A DNA stretch of 64,000 bases. Source: Actinomycetota bacterium. GTDB lineage: Bacteria; Actinomycetota; Actinomycetes; Actinomycetales; Microbacteriaceae. Each line of letters starts with the position of its first letter. Position 1 is the first letter of the stretch. The stretch lies in NCBI GenBank assembly GCA_041180285.1, contig JBEGRV010000002.1, positions 2,813-66,812 on the forward strand, written 5' to 3'. The notes under the pieces are model-generated. The model was given only the letters and a program-made list of their open reading frames with translations. It searched no databases and was not told where the DNA came from. Shown here piece by piece: positions 8,748 to 18,186 of this stretch. The translations under genes and the position numbers were made by a program.

Positions 8748-10244
8748 TTACCTAGGTAAAACCTTAAGGGTTTTCAAGGTCGGGTCGGCCACAAATGCAA
8801 TTCTCACGCCCATGTCACGGGCCTCAAATAACGCACCCAAAGCGGCCTCGGTGATGCGCTCACCCGGGCTGAGCACCGGAACACCGGGAGGATAGGGGCA
8901 AATCATTTCTGCAGAAACACGTCCCACTGCCTCGGCGGCTGGAACTACCTCGTAGCCCGAGAAAAATGCTTCACGCGGGGTAACCACAACTTCAGGCTCG
9001 ATTGAAAACGCCGGCAGAATTTCAATCGGACGAGCCTCGCCCCGATTGGCATTCACCGATTCGATGATGCGCTTGACCAGGTCGTTGATGCGATCTGGTG
9101 TGTCAGCAAATGTGATCATCGGAATGATGATGTCTCGGTTTGCCATCTCGACGTCGATATTGGCCGCCAATAAATCAGCCTCAACCGCATTTCCATCGGC
9201 ACCACATGAGCTCAGCAAAATAACCAGCTTTAACGGATCTATGTATTCACCGTCAATTACGTCGATGCCAGCTGCTCGCAAAGTTGCTCGGCCGCGCTCA
9301 GTTGCTTCAATCACCGGGCCAATAAGTTCGTGCCCATGCCGCTGGAGCAAAGCACGAGCTGCGTCAATTGATGCCAAAATTCGCCCAGACATAGAGGTGG
9401 TTTGAGTTGAATCAAACATTTTGTTTAGTCGAGGTAGGTCAACAAACTCTCCGCGAGCCAACACAAAGCTGGCCTGAGAATATGAAGGTAAAGTCTTGTG
9501 GGCCGAGGTCACCACAATGTCGGCACCCTCGGCCAAAGGGTGCTCAGGCAACTCTGGGTGGAAGCCGTAGTGAGCAGCCCAAGCTGCATCAACCACCAAC
9601 GGAATTCCGAACTCATGTGCCACCGCAGATAGCCGCGGAATGTTTGACATGGTTCCGACGTAAGAGGGCTCGCCAATCAAAACTGCTTTGGCATCTGGGT
9701 GTGCCTCGAGAGTTTCACGAAGACGGCTCGAAGGTAGATACTCAGGCAGCCCAGTGGCGGGGTTAATTTCTGGTCGAATCCAGACCGGAACTACTCCGGC
9801 GTAGACCATGCCGACCAGCACTGATTTGTGAAGGGTTCGCGACACAATAACTTTTTCGCCTGGGCTGGCAACTGCCATTACAGCTGCGTGATTTGATCCA
9901 GAAGAACCGTTCACTCCGAAACGACAGAGGTCTGCACCCCAAAGGTTTGCGGCCAATCGCTCGGCCTCGAGAATTAGCGATGGAGAAATTCGATGGGGAT
10001 GATTGCCCGGAAGCACTGGAATGTCGCCGTCTACGATTGCACCGGTTAGATCGGTGCGACCCTTGTGCCCAGGAATTTGGAACGGCGACCGGTCGGTCTC
10101 CATATCTCGAATCCAGGCATCGAGTAGTGGGGCATCAGTTCTGAGCCCCATCGGGTCTTTCGTGTCAAGTAGTGTGGCTGCGCCAAATGCGTGCTGAGGC
10201 AATATCCCGCCCTTCTTTAGGTCTCGGTCGTTCGCCGAGCTCAA
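8748..10244 (-). CDS. Orn/Lys/Arg decarboxylase (PLP fold-type I)
   Basis: PGHKG, NGSSG, DAAWAAH, SAHKTL (PLP lysine), TTS, C-terminal PYPPGVPVLSPGE. Start uncertain. Confidence 0.88.
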   Translation of the reverse strand: MSSANDRDLKKGGILPQHAFGAATLLDTKDPMGLRTDAPLLDAWIRDMETDRSPFQIPGHKGRTDLTGAIVDGDIPVLPGNHPHRISPSLILEAERLAANLWGADLCRFGVNGSSGSNHAAVMAVASPGEKVIVSRTLHKSVLVGMVYAGVVPVWIRPEINPATGLPEYLPSSRLRETLEAHPDAKAVLIGEPSYVGTMSNIPRLSAVAHEFGIPLVVDAAWAAHYGFHPELPEHPLAEGADIVVTSAHKTLPSYSQASFVLARGEFVDLPRLNKMFDSTQTTSMSGRILASIDAARALLQRHGHELIGPVIEATERGRATLRAAGIDVIDGEYIDPLKLVILLSSCGADGNAVEADLLAANIDVEMANRDIIIPMITFADTPDRINDLVKRIIESVNANRGEARPIEILPAFSIEPEVVVTPREAFFSGYEVVPAAEAVGRVSAEMICPYPPGVPVLSPGERITEAALGALFEARDMGVRIAFVADPTLKTLKVLPR

Positions 10245-10292
10245 ACCGCCTAACCACCATCGGGATGGCCAGGATGAAAAAGTCTAAAGATG

Positions 10293-10329
10293 ACGAAAGG
10301 ACCGGGTCAATAAGACCCGATCCCCTCGC
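10293..10329 (-). terminator. Probable terminator hairpin after rplA
   Basis: GCGAGGGGATCGGGTC-TTATT-GACCCGGTCCTTTCGT on the minus strand; weak U-tract. Confidence 0.5.
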
Positions 10330-10351
10330 CATTAAGGTTTGGTGAACTTTT

Positions 10352-11053
10352 TTAGAACTCAACCTTGGTTACGTTGGTGTCTAGCGGAATGCCAGGACCA
10401 AAGGTGGTCGAAACTGCTGCCTTGATTAGGTAGCGCCCTTTTGAGCTCGAAGGCTTCAAACGTAGAACCTCGTCTAGAGCTGCTGCTAGGTTTTCACCCA
10501 ACTGCTCTTTGGTGAACGAAGCTTTACCGATGATGAAGTGAAGGTTTGACTGCTTGTCAACGCGGAAGTCGATCTTTCCGCCCTTGATGTCAGTAACAGC
10601 CTTAGCAACATCTGGGGTTACGGTTCCGGTCTTAGGGTTTGGCATTAGGTTACGAGGACCTAGTACCTTACCAAGACGGCCAACCTTACCCATTAGCTCA
10701 GGGGTTGACACTGCTGAGTCGAAGTCGGTCCAGCCGGCGGCTACCTTCTCGATTAGCTCGTCGCCGCCAACCTCGTCTGCGCCTGCAGCTTTTGCAGCGT
10801 CAGCTGCGGCACCGGTTGCAAACACAATAACGCGGGCGGTCTTACCAGTTCCGTTTGGAAGCGAAACGGTTCCACGGATCATCTGGTCGGCCTTACGAGG
10901 GTCAACGCCTAGCTTTAGGGCGACCTCGATGGTTGAGTCGAACTTCTTTGAGCCGGTCTCGCGAACTAGAGTCACGGCCTCGGCTGGGGTGTATAGCTTG
11001 CCCTCGGTGATGAGAGCTGCTGCGGCCTGGTAGGCCTTTGAGCGCTTTGCCAT
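10352..11053 (-). CDS. rplA: 50S ribosomal protein L1
   Basis: [32 protein letters not shown]; AAAGGA RBS before ATG 11053. Confidence 0.98.
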   Translation of the reverse strand: MAKRSKAYQAAAALITEGKLYTPAEAVTLVRETGSKKFDSTIEVALKLGVDPRKADQMIRGTVSLPNGTGKTARVIVFATGAAADAAKAAGADEVGGDELIEKVAAGWTDFDSAVSTPELMGKVGRLGKVLGPRNLMPNPKTGTVTPDVAKAVTDIKGGKIDFRVDKQSNLHFIIGKASFTKEQLGENLAAALDEVLRLKPSSSKGRYLIKAAVSTTFGPGIPLDTNVTKVEF

Positions 11054-11081
11054 CTGTTTTTCCTTTACTTGGTCACAGTTC

Positions 11082-11112
11082 GTGGTCAACGTACCGCGCG
11101 CGGTACTCCCAC
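11082..11112 (-). promoter_or_regulatory. Ribosomal protein L1 autoregulatory RNA site (23S rRNA mimic)
   Basis: GTGGGAG-TACCGCGCGCGGTAC-GTT-GACCAC: outer GTGG/CCAC helix, GAG/GA internal loop and capping hairpin, just upstream of rplA. Confidence 0.7.
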
Positions 11113-11132
11113 TTACTAATTGTTTTTGTTAT

Positions 11133-11564
11133 TTATGCGTCTACGGTGATGCCCATTGAGCGAGCAGTACCCGCGATGATCTTTGCAGCTGCATCGACAT
11201 CGTTTGCGTTCAGGTCTGACATCTTCTCTTCGGCGATCTTGTAGAGAGCATCCTTTGATAGGTGCGCAACCTTCACGGTGTGAGGGGTTGCTGAACCCTT
11301 CTGAACATTCGCAGCCTTCTTGATTAGCTCAGCGGCTGGCGGGGTCTTCAGAACAAAGGTGAATGAGCGGTCTTCATAGACGGTAATTTCTACCGGAATG
11401 ATACTGCCGCGCTTGTCTGCAGTTGCGTTGTTGTACGCGGTGCAGAACTCCATGATGTTTACACCGTGCTGACCAAGAGCTGGACCAATAGGTGGTGCTG
11501 GGTTAGCAGCGCCAGCTTGGATCTGTAGCTTGATCATGCCGGTGACTTTTTTCTTCGGTGCCAT
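11133..11564 (-). CDS. rplK: 50S ribosomal protein L11
   Basis: [29 protein letters not shown]. Confidence 0.99.
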   Translation of the reverse strand: MAPKKKVTGMIKLQIQAGAANPAPPIGPALGQHGVNIMEFCTAYNNATADKRGSIIPVEITVYEDRSFTFVLKTPPAAELIKKAANVQKGSATPHTVKVAHLSKDALYKIAEEKMSDLNANDVDAAAKIIAGTARSMGITVDA

Positions 11565-11599
11565 TTTGTTTTATTCCTTTGATTGTTGGGGAATTCTAT

Positions 11600-12427
11600 T
11601 TAGGCCAGTGGGCCAACCTGCTCGAAGCCAAGCTCGACCGGAGTCTCGCGCTCGAACAGTGAAACTAGAACGGTTAGCTTGCCGCTCTCAGGCTTGATCT
11701 CTGAGATGGTGCCTGGAAGGCCGGCAAATGATCCGTCTTTGATCATGATGCTTTCGCCAAGCTTGAAGTCGACGTTGACCGGAACCGGCTTCGACTTGCC
11801 CTTGACGGCAACGCCCTTGAATGCAGCCTTTGCCTCTTCTTGCTCTGGCAAGACGTATAGCGGCTTCAGCATTTCGAATGCCTCGTCTGGGCGAAGCGGG
11901 GTTGGTGCCTGCGAGTTGCCGACGAAGCCGGTAACCGCTGGTGTGTGACGAACCAACGACCATGATTCTTCATTCATGTCCATGCGAACAAGAACGTAAC
12001 CAGGGATGCGAACCTTGGTAACCAATTTGCGCTGGCCATTCTTGATTTCGATGGTGTCTTCCATCGGAACCTCGACCTGGTAAACATCGTCGCCACCCTC
12101 AAGAGAGAGCTTTCGGTTCTCGATGTTTTGCTTCACACGCTTTTCGTAACCGGCGTATGAGTGAACTACGTACCACTTGCCAGGCTGACGACGCAGCTCT
12201 GACTTGAATTCACGGTAAGGGTCGACAGGTGATCCCTCTTCGATTTCATCGGCGATTGCAGCTGCTTCTTCAGCTGCCTCAACGATGGCTTCTTCAAGCT
12301 CTAGGTCTTGCTCTAGCTCTGCAGCGGCATCTTTGGCAAGGTCAGCGAAGTCGGCATCGGCTTCAGCAATAACCTGCTCAACTGCATCGTCTTGCAATGC
12401 AGCTAGCTCGTCGCGCTCTTCAGTCAC
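11600..12427 (-). CDS. nusG: Transcription termination/antitermination factor NusG
   Basis: WYVVHSYAGYE, PGYVLV, KOW domain, FERETPVEL; acidic actinobacterial N-terminal extension. Confidence 0.97.
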   Translation of the reverse strand: MTEERDELAALQDDAVEQVIAEADADFADLAKDAAAELEQDLELEEAIVEAAEEAAAIADEIEEGSPVDPYREFKSELRRQPGKWYVVHSYAGYEKRVKQNIENRKLSLEGGDDVYQVEVPMEDTIEIKNGQRKLVTKVRIPGYVLVRMDMNEESWSLVRHTPAVTGFVGNSQAPTPLRPDEAFEMLKPLYVLPEQEEAKAAFKGVAVKGKSKPVPVNVDFKLGESIMIKDGSFAGLPGTISEIKPESGKLTVLVSLFERETPVELGFEQVGPLA

Positions 12428-12473
12428 TTCAGTGTTTCCTATCGTTCAAACTCGGATGAGTTCTAAAAATTGC

Positions 12474-12743
12474 TTAGGCGGTTGGGGTGAAAACCCAGAC
12501 CACGCCGGTGTAGAACAGCCAGTCAAGAAGGCTGATGATCGCCATTACAACCACAACGAATGCGAGCACTACTGCGGTGTAGTTGCGAAGCTCAGCCCAG
12601 GTTGGCTTAGTTACTTTGTTTAGTTCAAGCACTACCTGCTTAAAGAACAAAGCGGTGCGACCGAAGATGTTGCGCTTGGTGGCTTTGTCAGCCTTAGCCT
12701 TCTCAACTAGATCTTCAGAGGCTACTTCTAGCTCTTCTGCCAT
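12474..12743 (-). CDS. secE: Preprotein translocase subunit SecE
   Basis: ELNKVTKPT motif, one TM, between tRNA-Trp and nusG; AAGGA RBS before ATG 12743. Confidence 0.95.
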   Translation of the reverse strand: MAEELEVASEDLVEKAKADKATKRNIFGRTALFFKQVVLELNKVTKPTWAELRNYTAVVLAFVVVVMAIISLLDWLFYTGVVWVFTPTA

Positions 12744-12772
12744 TGGTTGTTCCTTTGTTTGGATTGCTTTTG

Positions 12773-12845
12773 CAGGGCGGACAGGACTCGAACCTGCAAC
12801 CTGCGGTTTTGGAGACCGCTGCTCTACCAATTGAGCCACCGCCCT
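12773..12845 (-). tRNA. tRNA-Trp (CCA)
   Basis: AGGGCGG..GCTCAATTGGTAGAGC..GCGGT-CTCCAAA-ACCGC..GGTTCGAGTCC..CCGCCCTG cloverleaf, 73 nt. Confidence 0.97.
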
Positions 12846-13048
12846 AAACGGTGAGTAATTTGTTCTGAAAACTAACCTTCGACAGACACACTTCTAGATT
12901 GAAATCTAAGGGTGATTGTTTTGCCAGATTAGGCTTCGGAAGTTGTCAAACTACCTCTACGAAGTTTAGTTGCGAACGCTCGATATTGCAAAGGCGGATT
13001 TACCCAGATTCTGGCTCGAGGCCTATCGCAACAGGTAACCTTGAAGTC

Positions 13049-14248
13049 GTGACTGACTTCCCTCGAATTTCAAAACGTATTGGCTCAATTGCTGAATCAG
13101 CAACTTTGAAAGTTGACGCCAAGGCAAAAGCGCTTCAGGCCGCAGGCCGTCCGGTTATTTCTTATGCCGCAGGCGAGCCAGATTTTGCAACTCCGGCTCA
13201 CATTGTTGAGGCCGCCGTAGCTGCAGTGCGTGACCCAAAAAACCACCGTTACACGCCGGCTGTTGGTTTGCCTGATTTACGCGAAGCGATCGCCCAGAAA
13301 ACGAAAGCCGATTCAGGCACCGAGATTACAGCTGCCCAGGTAGTTGTGACCAACGGTGGCAAGCAGGCGGTTTACCAGGCATTTGCCACACTGCTTGATC
13401 CGGGCGACGAAGTTTTGATGCCAACCCCTTTCTGGACCACCTACCCTGAGGCCATTCAGCTGGCCGGAGGTGTTCCTGTTGAGGTGTTTGCAGGTGCCGA
13501 GCAGAACTATTTGGTCACGGTAGAGCAGCTTGAAGCAGCACGCACTTCACGTTCGAAAGTTTTGCTGTTCGTCTCGCCTTCAAACCCAACCGGATCGGTC
13601 TATTCTCGCGAGCAGACCGAGGCCATTGGTCGCTGGGCCTACGAAAACGGCATGTGGGTAATCACCGACGAGATTTACCAGAACTTGGTTTACGACGGTG
13701 GCCGCGCGGTTTCAATTACCGAAGCCGTACCTGAGCTGATTGATCGCACAATCATGGTCAACGGTGTTGCCAAGAGTTACGCCATGACCGGATGGCGACT
13801 CGGCTGGATGGCCGGCCCACTAGATGCAATGAAGGCTGCAGGAAACCTGCAATCACACCTGTCATCGAACGTTTCGAACATTTCGCAGCGTGCAGCTCTG
13901 GCCGCACTAACCGGGCCTCAAGACGAAGTGCTCGCAATGCGCGATGCCTTCGAGCGTCGACGCGGATTGGCCGTAGCCGAGCTAAACAAGATTCCAAACT
14001 GGGTGGCCCCTATGCCGCAGGGTGCTTTCTACGTTTACTCAGATGTTCGTGGCCTGTTAGGGCGCGAATGGGGCGGAAAGCAAATCAACACCTCACTCGA
14101 GCTTTGCGACTACATTCTTGATGCTGCCGAGGTTGCGCTGGTTCCCGGTGAGGCGTTTGGCCCATCTGGTTATGTGCGTCTGAGCTATGCCCTGGGTGAT
14201 GCACCTTTGGTTGAGGGCATTCAGCGACTGCAAAAACTATTTAGCTAA
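13049..14248 (+). CDS. PLP-dependent aminotransferase class I/II (aspartate aminotransferase-like)
   Basis: [26 protein letters not shown]; GTG 13049 preceded by TAACCT. Confidence 0.92.
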   Translation: MTDFPRISKRIGSIAESATLKVDAKAKALQAAGRPVISYAAGEPDFATPAHIVEAAVAAVRDPKNHRYTPAVGLPDLREAIAQKTKADSGTEITAAQVVVTNGGKQAVYQAFATLLDPGDEVLMPTPFWTTYPEAIQLAGGVPVEVFAGAEQNYLVTVEQLEAARTSRSKVLLFVSPSNPTGSVYSREQTEAIGRWAYENGMWVITDEIYQNLVYDGGRAVSITEAVPELIDRTIMVNGVAKSYAMTGWRLGWMAGPLDAMKAAGNLQSHLSSNVSNISQRAALAALTGPQDEVLAMRDAFERRRGLAVAELNKIPNWVAPMPQGAFYVYSDVRGLLGREWGGKQINTSLELCDYILDAAEVALVPGEAFGPSGYVRLSYALGDAPLVEGIQRLQKLFS

Positions 14249-15279
14249 AAACCGATCAGGTTTGGCTCAGGCACCAGGTTGATGCCGAATTTTGCAGCAA
14301 CCCGCTCTTGAATAAACCTTGCCAACTCGGTAATTTCTGCTGCGGTTGCCCCGCCTCGATTAACAATCGCGAGGGTGTGTTTCGAAGACACTGAAGCGTT
14401 TGATTTGCCTAAGGTAAAACCACGGCCAATTCCCGCTTGCTCAATCAACCAGGCAGCTGAAAGTTTCACTGTCAGTCCGTCGTCATCCTCAGATTCCCAG
14501 CGCGGGGCCTCGGTTGGCAGAGTTCTAGCAAAAGAATCGCTAACTATCGGATTGGTGAAAAACGAGCCGCAACTTACCGAGTCAGGGTCGTTAGCATCCA
14601 GCACCATGCCCTTTTGAGCACGCAGCTTGAGCACTGAATTTCTTACATCGGCGAGCGGAACTTGGTCCCCCATCGAAACGCCCAGATCGGCTGCCACCTG
14701 AGATGTGTATAGAGGTCGCGATAACCCGCCAAGCTTTTGCAGCTCAAGCTCTACCCAGGTGATCACGCCTGCTCGCCCACGTTTGATAATCGAGCTTCGA
14801 TAGTCGAACCCGAGCTCAGTGGCCTCTAGCACGGCTAGCTCGTGTGTCTCATAGTCGAGAAATTCAATTCGCACCAAAACGTCGCTTAGCTCTTGGCCAT
14901 AGGCGCCAATGTTCTGCACCGGTGCAGCGCCAACGGTTCCCGGAATTCCGGCCATAGCTTCGATACCTGCCAGGCCCTGCTCGACACTCGAACGCACCAA
15001 CTCATCCCAATTTTCGCCAGCCTGAATTCGAAGCCGAACCTTGCCGTCAAGGGTTGGGGTCGCCTCGATTCCGCGGTTTGCGACCTGGATCACACGCAGG
15101 TTACTGATGTCATCTGCGACCACCATGTTTGAGCCGCCGCCGAGCAAAAGCCAATCATCGCCGCTGCGCCAAACCTCGAGCGTGTGCTCAATCAGGTCAT
15201 CTCGGGTGTGGGCAACAAAAATTTCTGAGGGTGTGCCGCCGACCCGAATTGTGGTCAGCTCGCTTAGTGCTTTTGTCAT
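14245..15279 (-). CDS. murB: UDP-N-acetylmuramate dehydrogenase
   Basis: [40 protein letters not shown]. Confidence 0.96.
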   Translation of the reverse strand: MTKALSELTTIRVGGTPSEIFVAHTRDDLIEHTLEVWRSGDDWLLLGGGSNMVVADDISNLRVIQVANRGIEATPTLDGKVRLRIQAGENWDELVRSSVEQGLAGIEAMAGIPGTVGAAPVQNIGAYGQELSDVLVRIEFLDYETHELAVLEATELGFDYRSSIIKRGRAGVITWVELELQKLGGLSRPLYTSQVAADLGVSMGDQVPLADVRNSVLKLRAQKGMVLDANDPDSVSCGSFFTNPIVSDSFARTLPTEAPRWESEDDDGLTVKLSAAWLIEQAGIGRGFTLGKSNASVSSKHTLAIVNRGGATAAEITELARFIQERVAAKFGINLVPEPNLIGF

Positions 15280-15702
15280 TTAGAGCTGAACTCGAACCTG
15301 GGCTTTGCCAAGCACCGCTTGCTCGTTGAATACGGCCGAAAGATCAACCCGAACCACATTCGATTCGGCATCGATTTCTCCGATTTTTGCAGTGATCACG
15401 ACCACGGCACCAGCCTGCGCGTCTACCAAAACCGGCTTGGTAAATCGCACCTGGTAGTCGAGCACCTTGCCGGCGTCACCAACCCAGTCGACGGCCACCT
15501 GCACAGCAACACCCATAGTTAGCATGCCGTGGGCTAAAACCCCAGGTAGGCCAACCGACTGAGCAAAATCATCGCGGTAGTGGATCGGGTTAAAGTCGCC
15601 AGAGGCACCTGCGTATCGAACCAATGAGTCGCGGGTGAGTAGATACTCAGAGGTTCCGACAACTTGACCTACCTCGAGTGCAGCAATGTTAATGTGCGAC
15701 AT
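15280..15702 (-). CDS. MaoC-family dehydratase (HadB-like)
   Basis: YAGASGDFNPIH hydratase-2 motif, AHGMLTMG. Confidence 0.9.
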   Translation of the reverse strand: MSHINIAALEVGQVVGTSEYLLTRDSLVRYAGASGDFNPIHYRDDFAQSVGLPGVLAHGMLTMGVAVQVAVDWVGDAGKVLDYQVRFTKPVLVDAQAGAVVVITAKIGEIDAESNVVRVDLSAVFNEQAVLGKAQVRVQL

Positions 15703-16145
15703 TACTCATCACCTCGAACTACCAAAGTTGAAATTGCCGTGCAAACCAGTTCTTTATCAACGTCATAAATTTTTGTCTCGAAGGTGATCATCGAGTGAGC
15801 ACCCAGCGACTTCACGCTGGCAACCTCTAGTTCGCTGGTCAGTTCGTCTCCGGCAACGATGGGGCGACGGTGTATAAACCTTTGGTCTCCGTGCACCACG
15901 CGAGAGAAATCGATATCTGCCTCAGGATCCGCTAACACAGTTGCCAGAGAACGCTCTTGAATAACCACCGCAAATGTCGGGGCAGCAATCACATCTGTAT
16001 AACCGGCAGCCTGAGCTGCAAAAACATCAAGATTGCTTGGGCTTGAAGACTTCACCGCATGAGCAAATTCGCGAAGTTTCTCTCTGCCAACTAGATAGGG
16101 GGAGCTTGCAGGATATTTTTTTCCCTGAACATTTGGATTTACCAC
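15702..16145 (-). CDS. Hot-dog fold dehydratase partner (HadA-like)
   Basis: VGREKLREFA, APTF, VVHGDQRF; coupled to the HadB-like gene. Start GTG 16145 or ATG 16163. Confidence 0.87.
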   Translation of the reverse strand: MVNPNVQGKKYPASSPYLVGREKLREFAHAVKSSSPSNLDVFAAQAAGYTDVIAAPTFAVVIQERSLATVLADPEADIDFSRVVHGDQRFIHRRPIVAGDELTSELEVASVKSLGAHSMITFETKIYDVDKELVCTAISTLVVRGDE

Positions 16146-16164
16146 ACAGCTAGTTTGCTGCATT

Positions 16165-16199
16165 AAACAAAAAAAGACCCGATTGGGTCTTTGTTGTTT
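16165..16199 (-). terminator. Intrinsic terminator after tRNA-Met
   Basis: AAAGACCC-AATC-GGGTCTTTTTTT on the minus strand. Confidence 0.75.
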
Positions 16200-16205
16200 G
16201 CTATT

Positions 16206-16282
16206 TGGTAGCTAGGGCGGGACTCGAACCCGCGACCCCACGATTATGAGTCGTGTGCTCTAACCACCTGAGCTACCCAGCC
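16206..16282 (-). tRNA. tRNA-Met (CAT), elongator type
   Basis: GGCTGGG..CACGA-CTCATAA-TCGTG..GGTTCGAGTCC..CTAGCTACCA, 77 nt with encoded CCA. Confidence 0.95.
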
Positions 16283-16314
16283 GAGTCATCACACGTAAAA
16301 AACCGGTGACTCAG

Positions 16315-16386
<72 letters not shown>

Positions 16387-16484
16387 GTGACCCAAACCAA
16401 GCGGCTCGGGCACCAGAAGACTTTAGCATCTAGCTTTGGTCAAAGCAACCTGAAGGTTATCTGAGCCCCTTAAGATTGGGTTCC

Positions 16485-18185
16485 ATGTCGAACGTTGAAT
16501 TCTTAACTAAAAACAACCCAGTCGCCGAGTGGTGGAGAAAATCGGTAATTTACCAGGTTTATCCGCGCAGTTTTGCGGATGGTGACGGAGATGGAATCGG
16601 TGACCTAAAGGGGATCACAGAGCGTTTGGATTCGCTTTCAGAACTGGGCATCGACGCTATCTGGTTCAGCCCTTTTTTCAAGTCACCTCAAAAGGATGCT
16701 GGCTACGACATCAGTGATTACCGCCTCATTGATCCAATCTTTGGAACCAACGAAGACTTTGACGTTCTAATAGCTAAGGCAAAAAAACTTGGCATTCGAA
16801 TTATCGTAGACATCGTTCCCAACCACACTTCAGATCAGCACGCCTGGTTTCAGGCGGCACTGAAATCACCTCCAGGGTCGCGCGAGCGTGACTACTACCA
16901 CTTCAGAGATGGCAAAGGCGAGAACGGCGAGCTGCCGCCAAACAACTGGCAGTCAATTTTTGGGGGCCCAGCTTGGAGCAGAATCACCGAAGCCGATGGC
17001 TCTCTGGGGCAATGGTACCTGCACCTATTTGATTCCAGTCAGCCAGATCTGAACTGGGAAAATCCAAAAATCGCCGACGAGTTCGACGACATTTTGCGCT
17101 TTTGGCTTGACAAAGGTGTTGACGGTTTCCGCGTTGATGTTGCCCACGGAATGGTCAAACGTCGCGGGCTTCCGGATGCGACGATCTATGACGAAAACCT
17201 GCGTGAGCGACCAATTTCTAACCTTTCAATGGCAGAAGCAGAAGAGGCAGTGCCATATTGGGGTCAGCCGGGAGTGCACGATGCTATCCGGCGTTTCCGC
17301 AGAGTTGTCGATGAATACGAAGATCGCGCAATGTGTGCCGAGGCATCAATGAGCCCACTGCCCCGACTTGCCATGTGGGTGCGCCCAGATGAGTACCACC
17401 AGTCATTCAACTTTGACTACATGCACTGCAAATATGAGGCGGGCGCAATTAAGAAAATTGTCACTGATTCGATTGTGGAATACGGCAAAGTTGGCGCGTC
17501 GAGCACTTGGGTACTTTCAAACCACGACGGTATCCGTCATGCAACTCGATTGGGAATCTCACCTGAGAACACACCTCGTCCGGGGGATGGAATTCATCCG
17601 TCCGACCCTGCGCCTGATGAGCCTCTCGGATTGAGGCGTGCTCGAGCTGCGACTGCATTTATGCTTGGGCTTCCAGGCTCTTCATACCTCTACCAGGGGG
17701 AAGAACTTGGCCTGCCAGAGGCCTGGCAATTAGAGGGCAAGTATCGTCAAGACCCAACCTATGCGCGCACCAACGGCGAGCGCATCGGTCGAGACGGTTG
17801 CCGAGTACCTTTGCCATGGGAAGCCGACGCCACTGAGTCAAATGGGTTTAACAACACTGGAAAATCATGGTTGCCACAGCCGGCTAACTATCGAGTCTTC
17901 TCACGAAACCTACAAGAGGGTGTAGCGGGCTCAACACTTGAGCTCTACAAACGACTTCTCAAAGTTCGCAATCAATTCGATTTAGGTGCCGGAGAGTTTG
18001 GTTGGCTTGAAGAATACGTTGGCCCAGATTCTCTTGCCTATGTGAACAACGGTGTCATGGTGCTCACTAATTTCAGCGGCGACGCAATCGCGCTTCCGGC
18101 TGGAGAAATACTTGTGACAACACAACACGACCTGACGATTGAGGGAATTCTTGAGCACGATCAGACCGTTTGGATCAAGCTCTAA
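16485..18185 (+). CDS. GH13 alpha-glucosidase / oligo-glucosidase, paralog 1
   Basis: YQVYPRSF, GYDISDY, VPNHTS, QPDLNW, GFRVDVAH, E (MCAEA), SNHD, YQGEELG, GRDGCRVP. Confidence 0.93.
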   Translation: MSNVEFLTKNNPVAEWWRKSVIYQVYPRSFADGDGDGIGDLKGITERLDSLSELGIDAIWFSPFFKSPQKDAGYDISDYRLIDPIFGTNEDFDVLIAKAKKLGIRIIVDIVPNHTSDQHAWFQAALKSPPGSRERDYYHFRDGKGENGELPPNNWQSIFGGPAWSRITEADGSLGQWYLHLFDSSQPDLNWENPKIADEFDDILRFWLDKGVDGFRVDVAHGMVKRRGLPDATIYDENLRERPISNLSMAEAEEAVPYWGQPGVHDAIRRFRRVVDEYEDRAMCAEASMSPLPRLAMWVRPDEYHQSFNFDYMHCKYEAGAIKKIVTDSIVEYGKVGASSTWVLSNHDGIRHATRLGISPENTPRPGDGIHPSDPAPDEPLGLRRARAATAFMLGLPGSSYLYQGEELGLPEAWQLEGKYRQDPTYARTNGERIGRDGCRVPLPWEADATESNGFNNTGKSWLPQPANYRVFSRNLQEGVAGSTLELYKRLLKVRNQFDLGAGEFGWLEEYVGPDSLAYVNNGVMVLTNFSGDAIALPAGEILVTTQHDLTIEGILEHDQTVWIKL

Positions 18186-18186
18186 G

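Noticed and set aside
12744-12839. N-terminal extension of SecE in the ORF track (MAQLVEQRSPKPQVAGSSP...)
   Set aside because: It is the tRNA-Trp gene read as codons. The real start is ATG 12743, which has an RBS.
12899-13048. 50-aa N-terminal extension on the aminotransferase, or an sRNA in this 200-bp gap
   Set aside because: The region holds divergent promoters (TAACCT before GTG 13049; TAAACT on the minus strand for tRNA-Trp). I see only a short hairpin and no recognisable RNA family.
15280-16145. hadAB as evidence of mycolic acid synthesis
   Set aside because: This dehydratase pair is conserved at this locus in many actinobacteria that lack mycolates.
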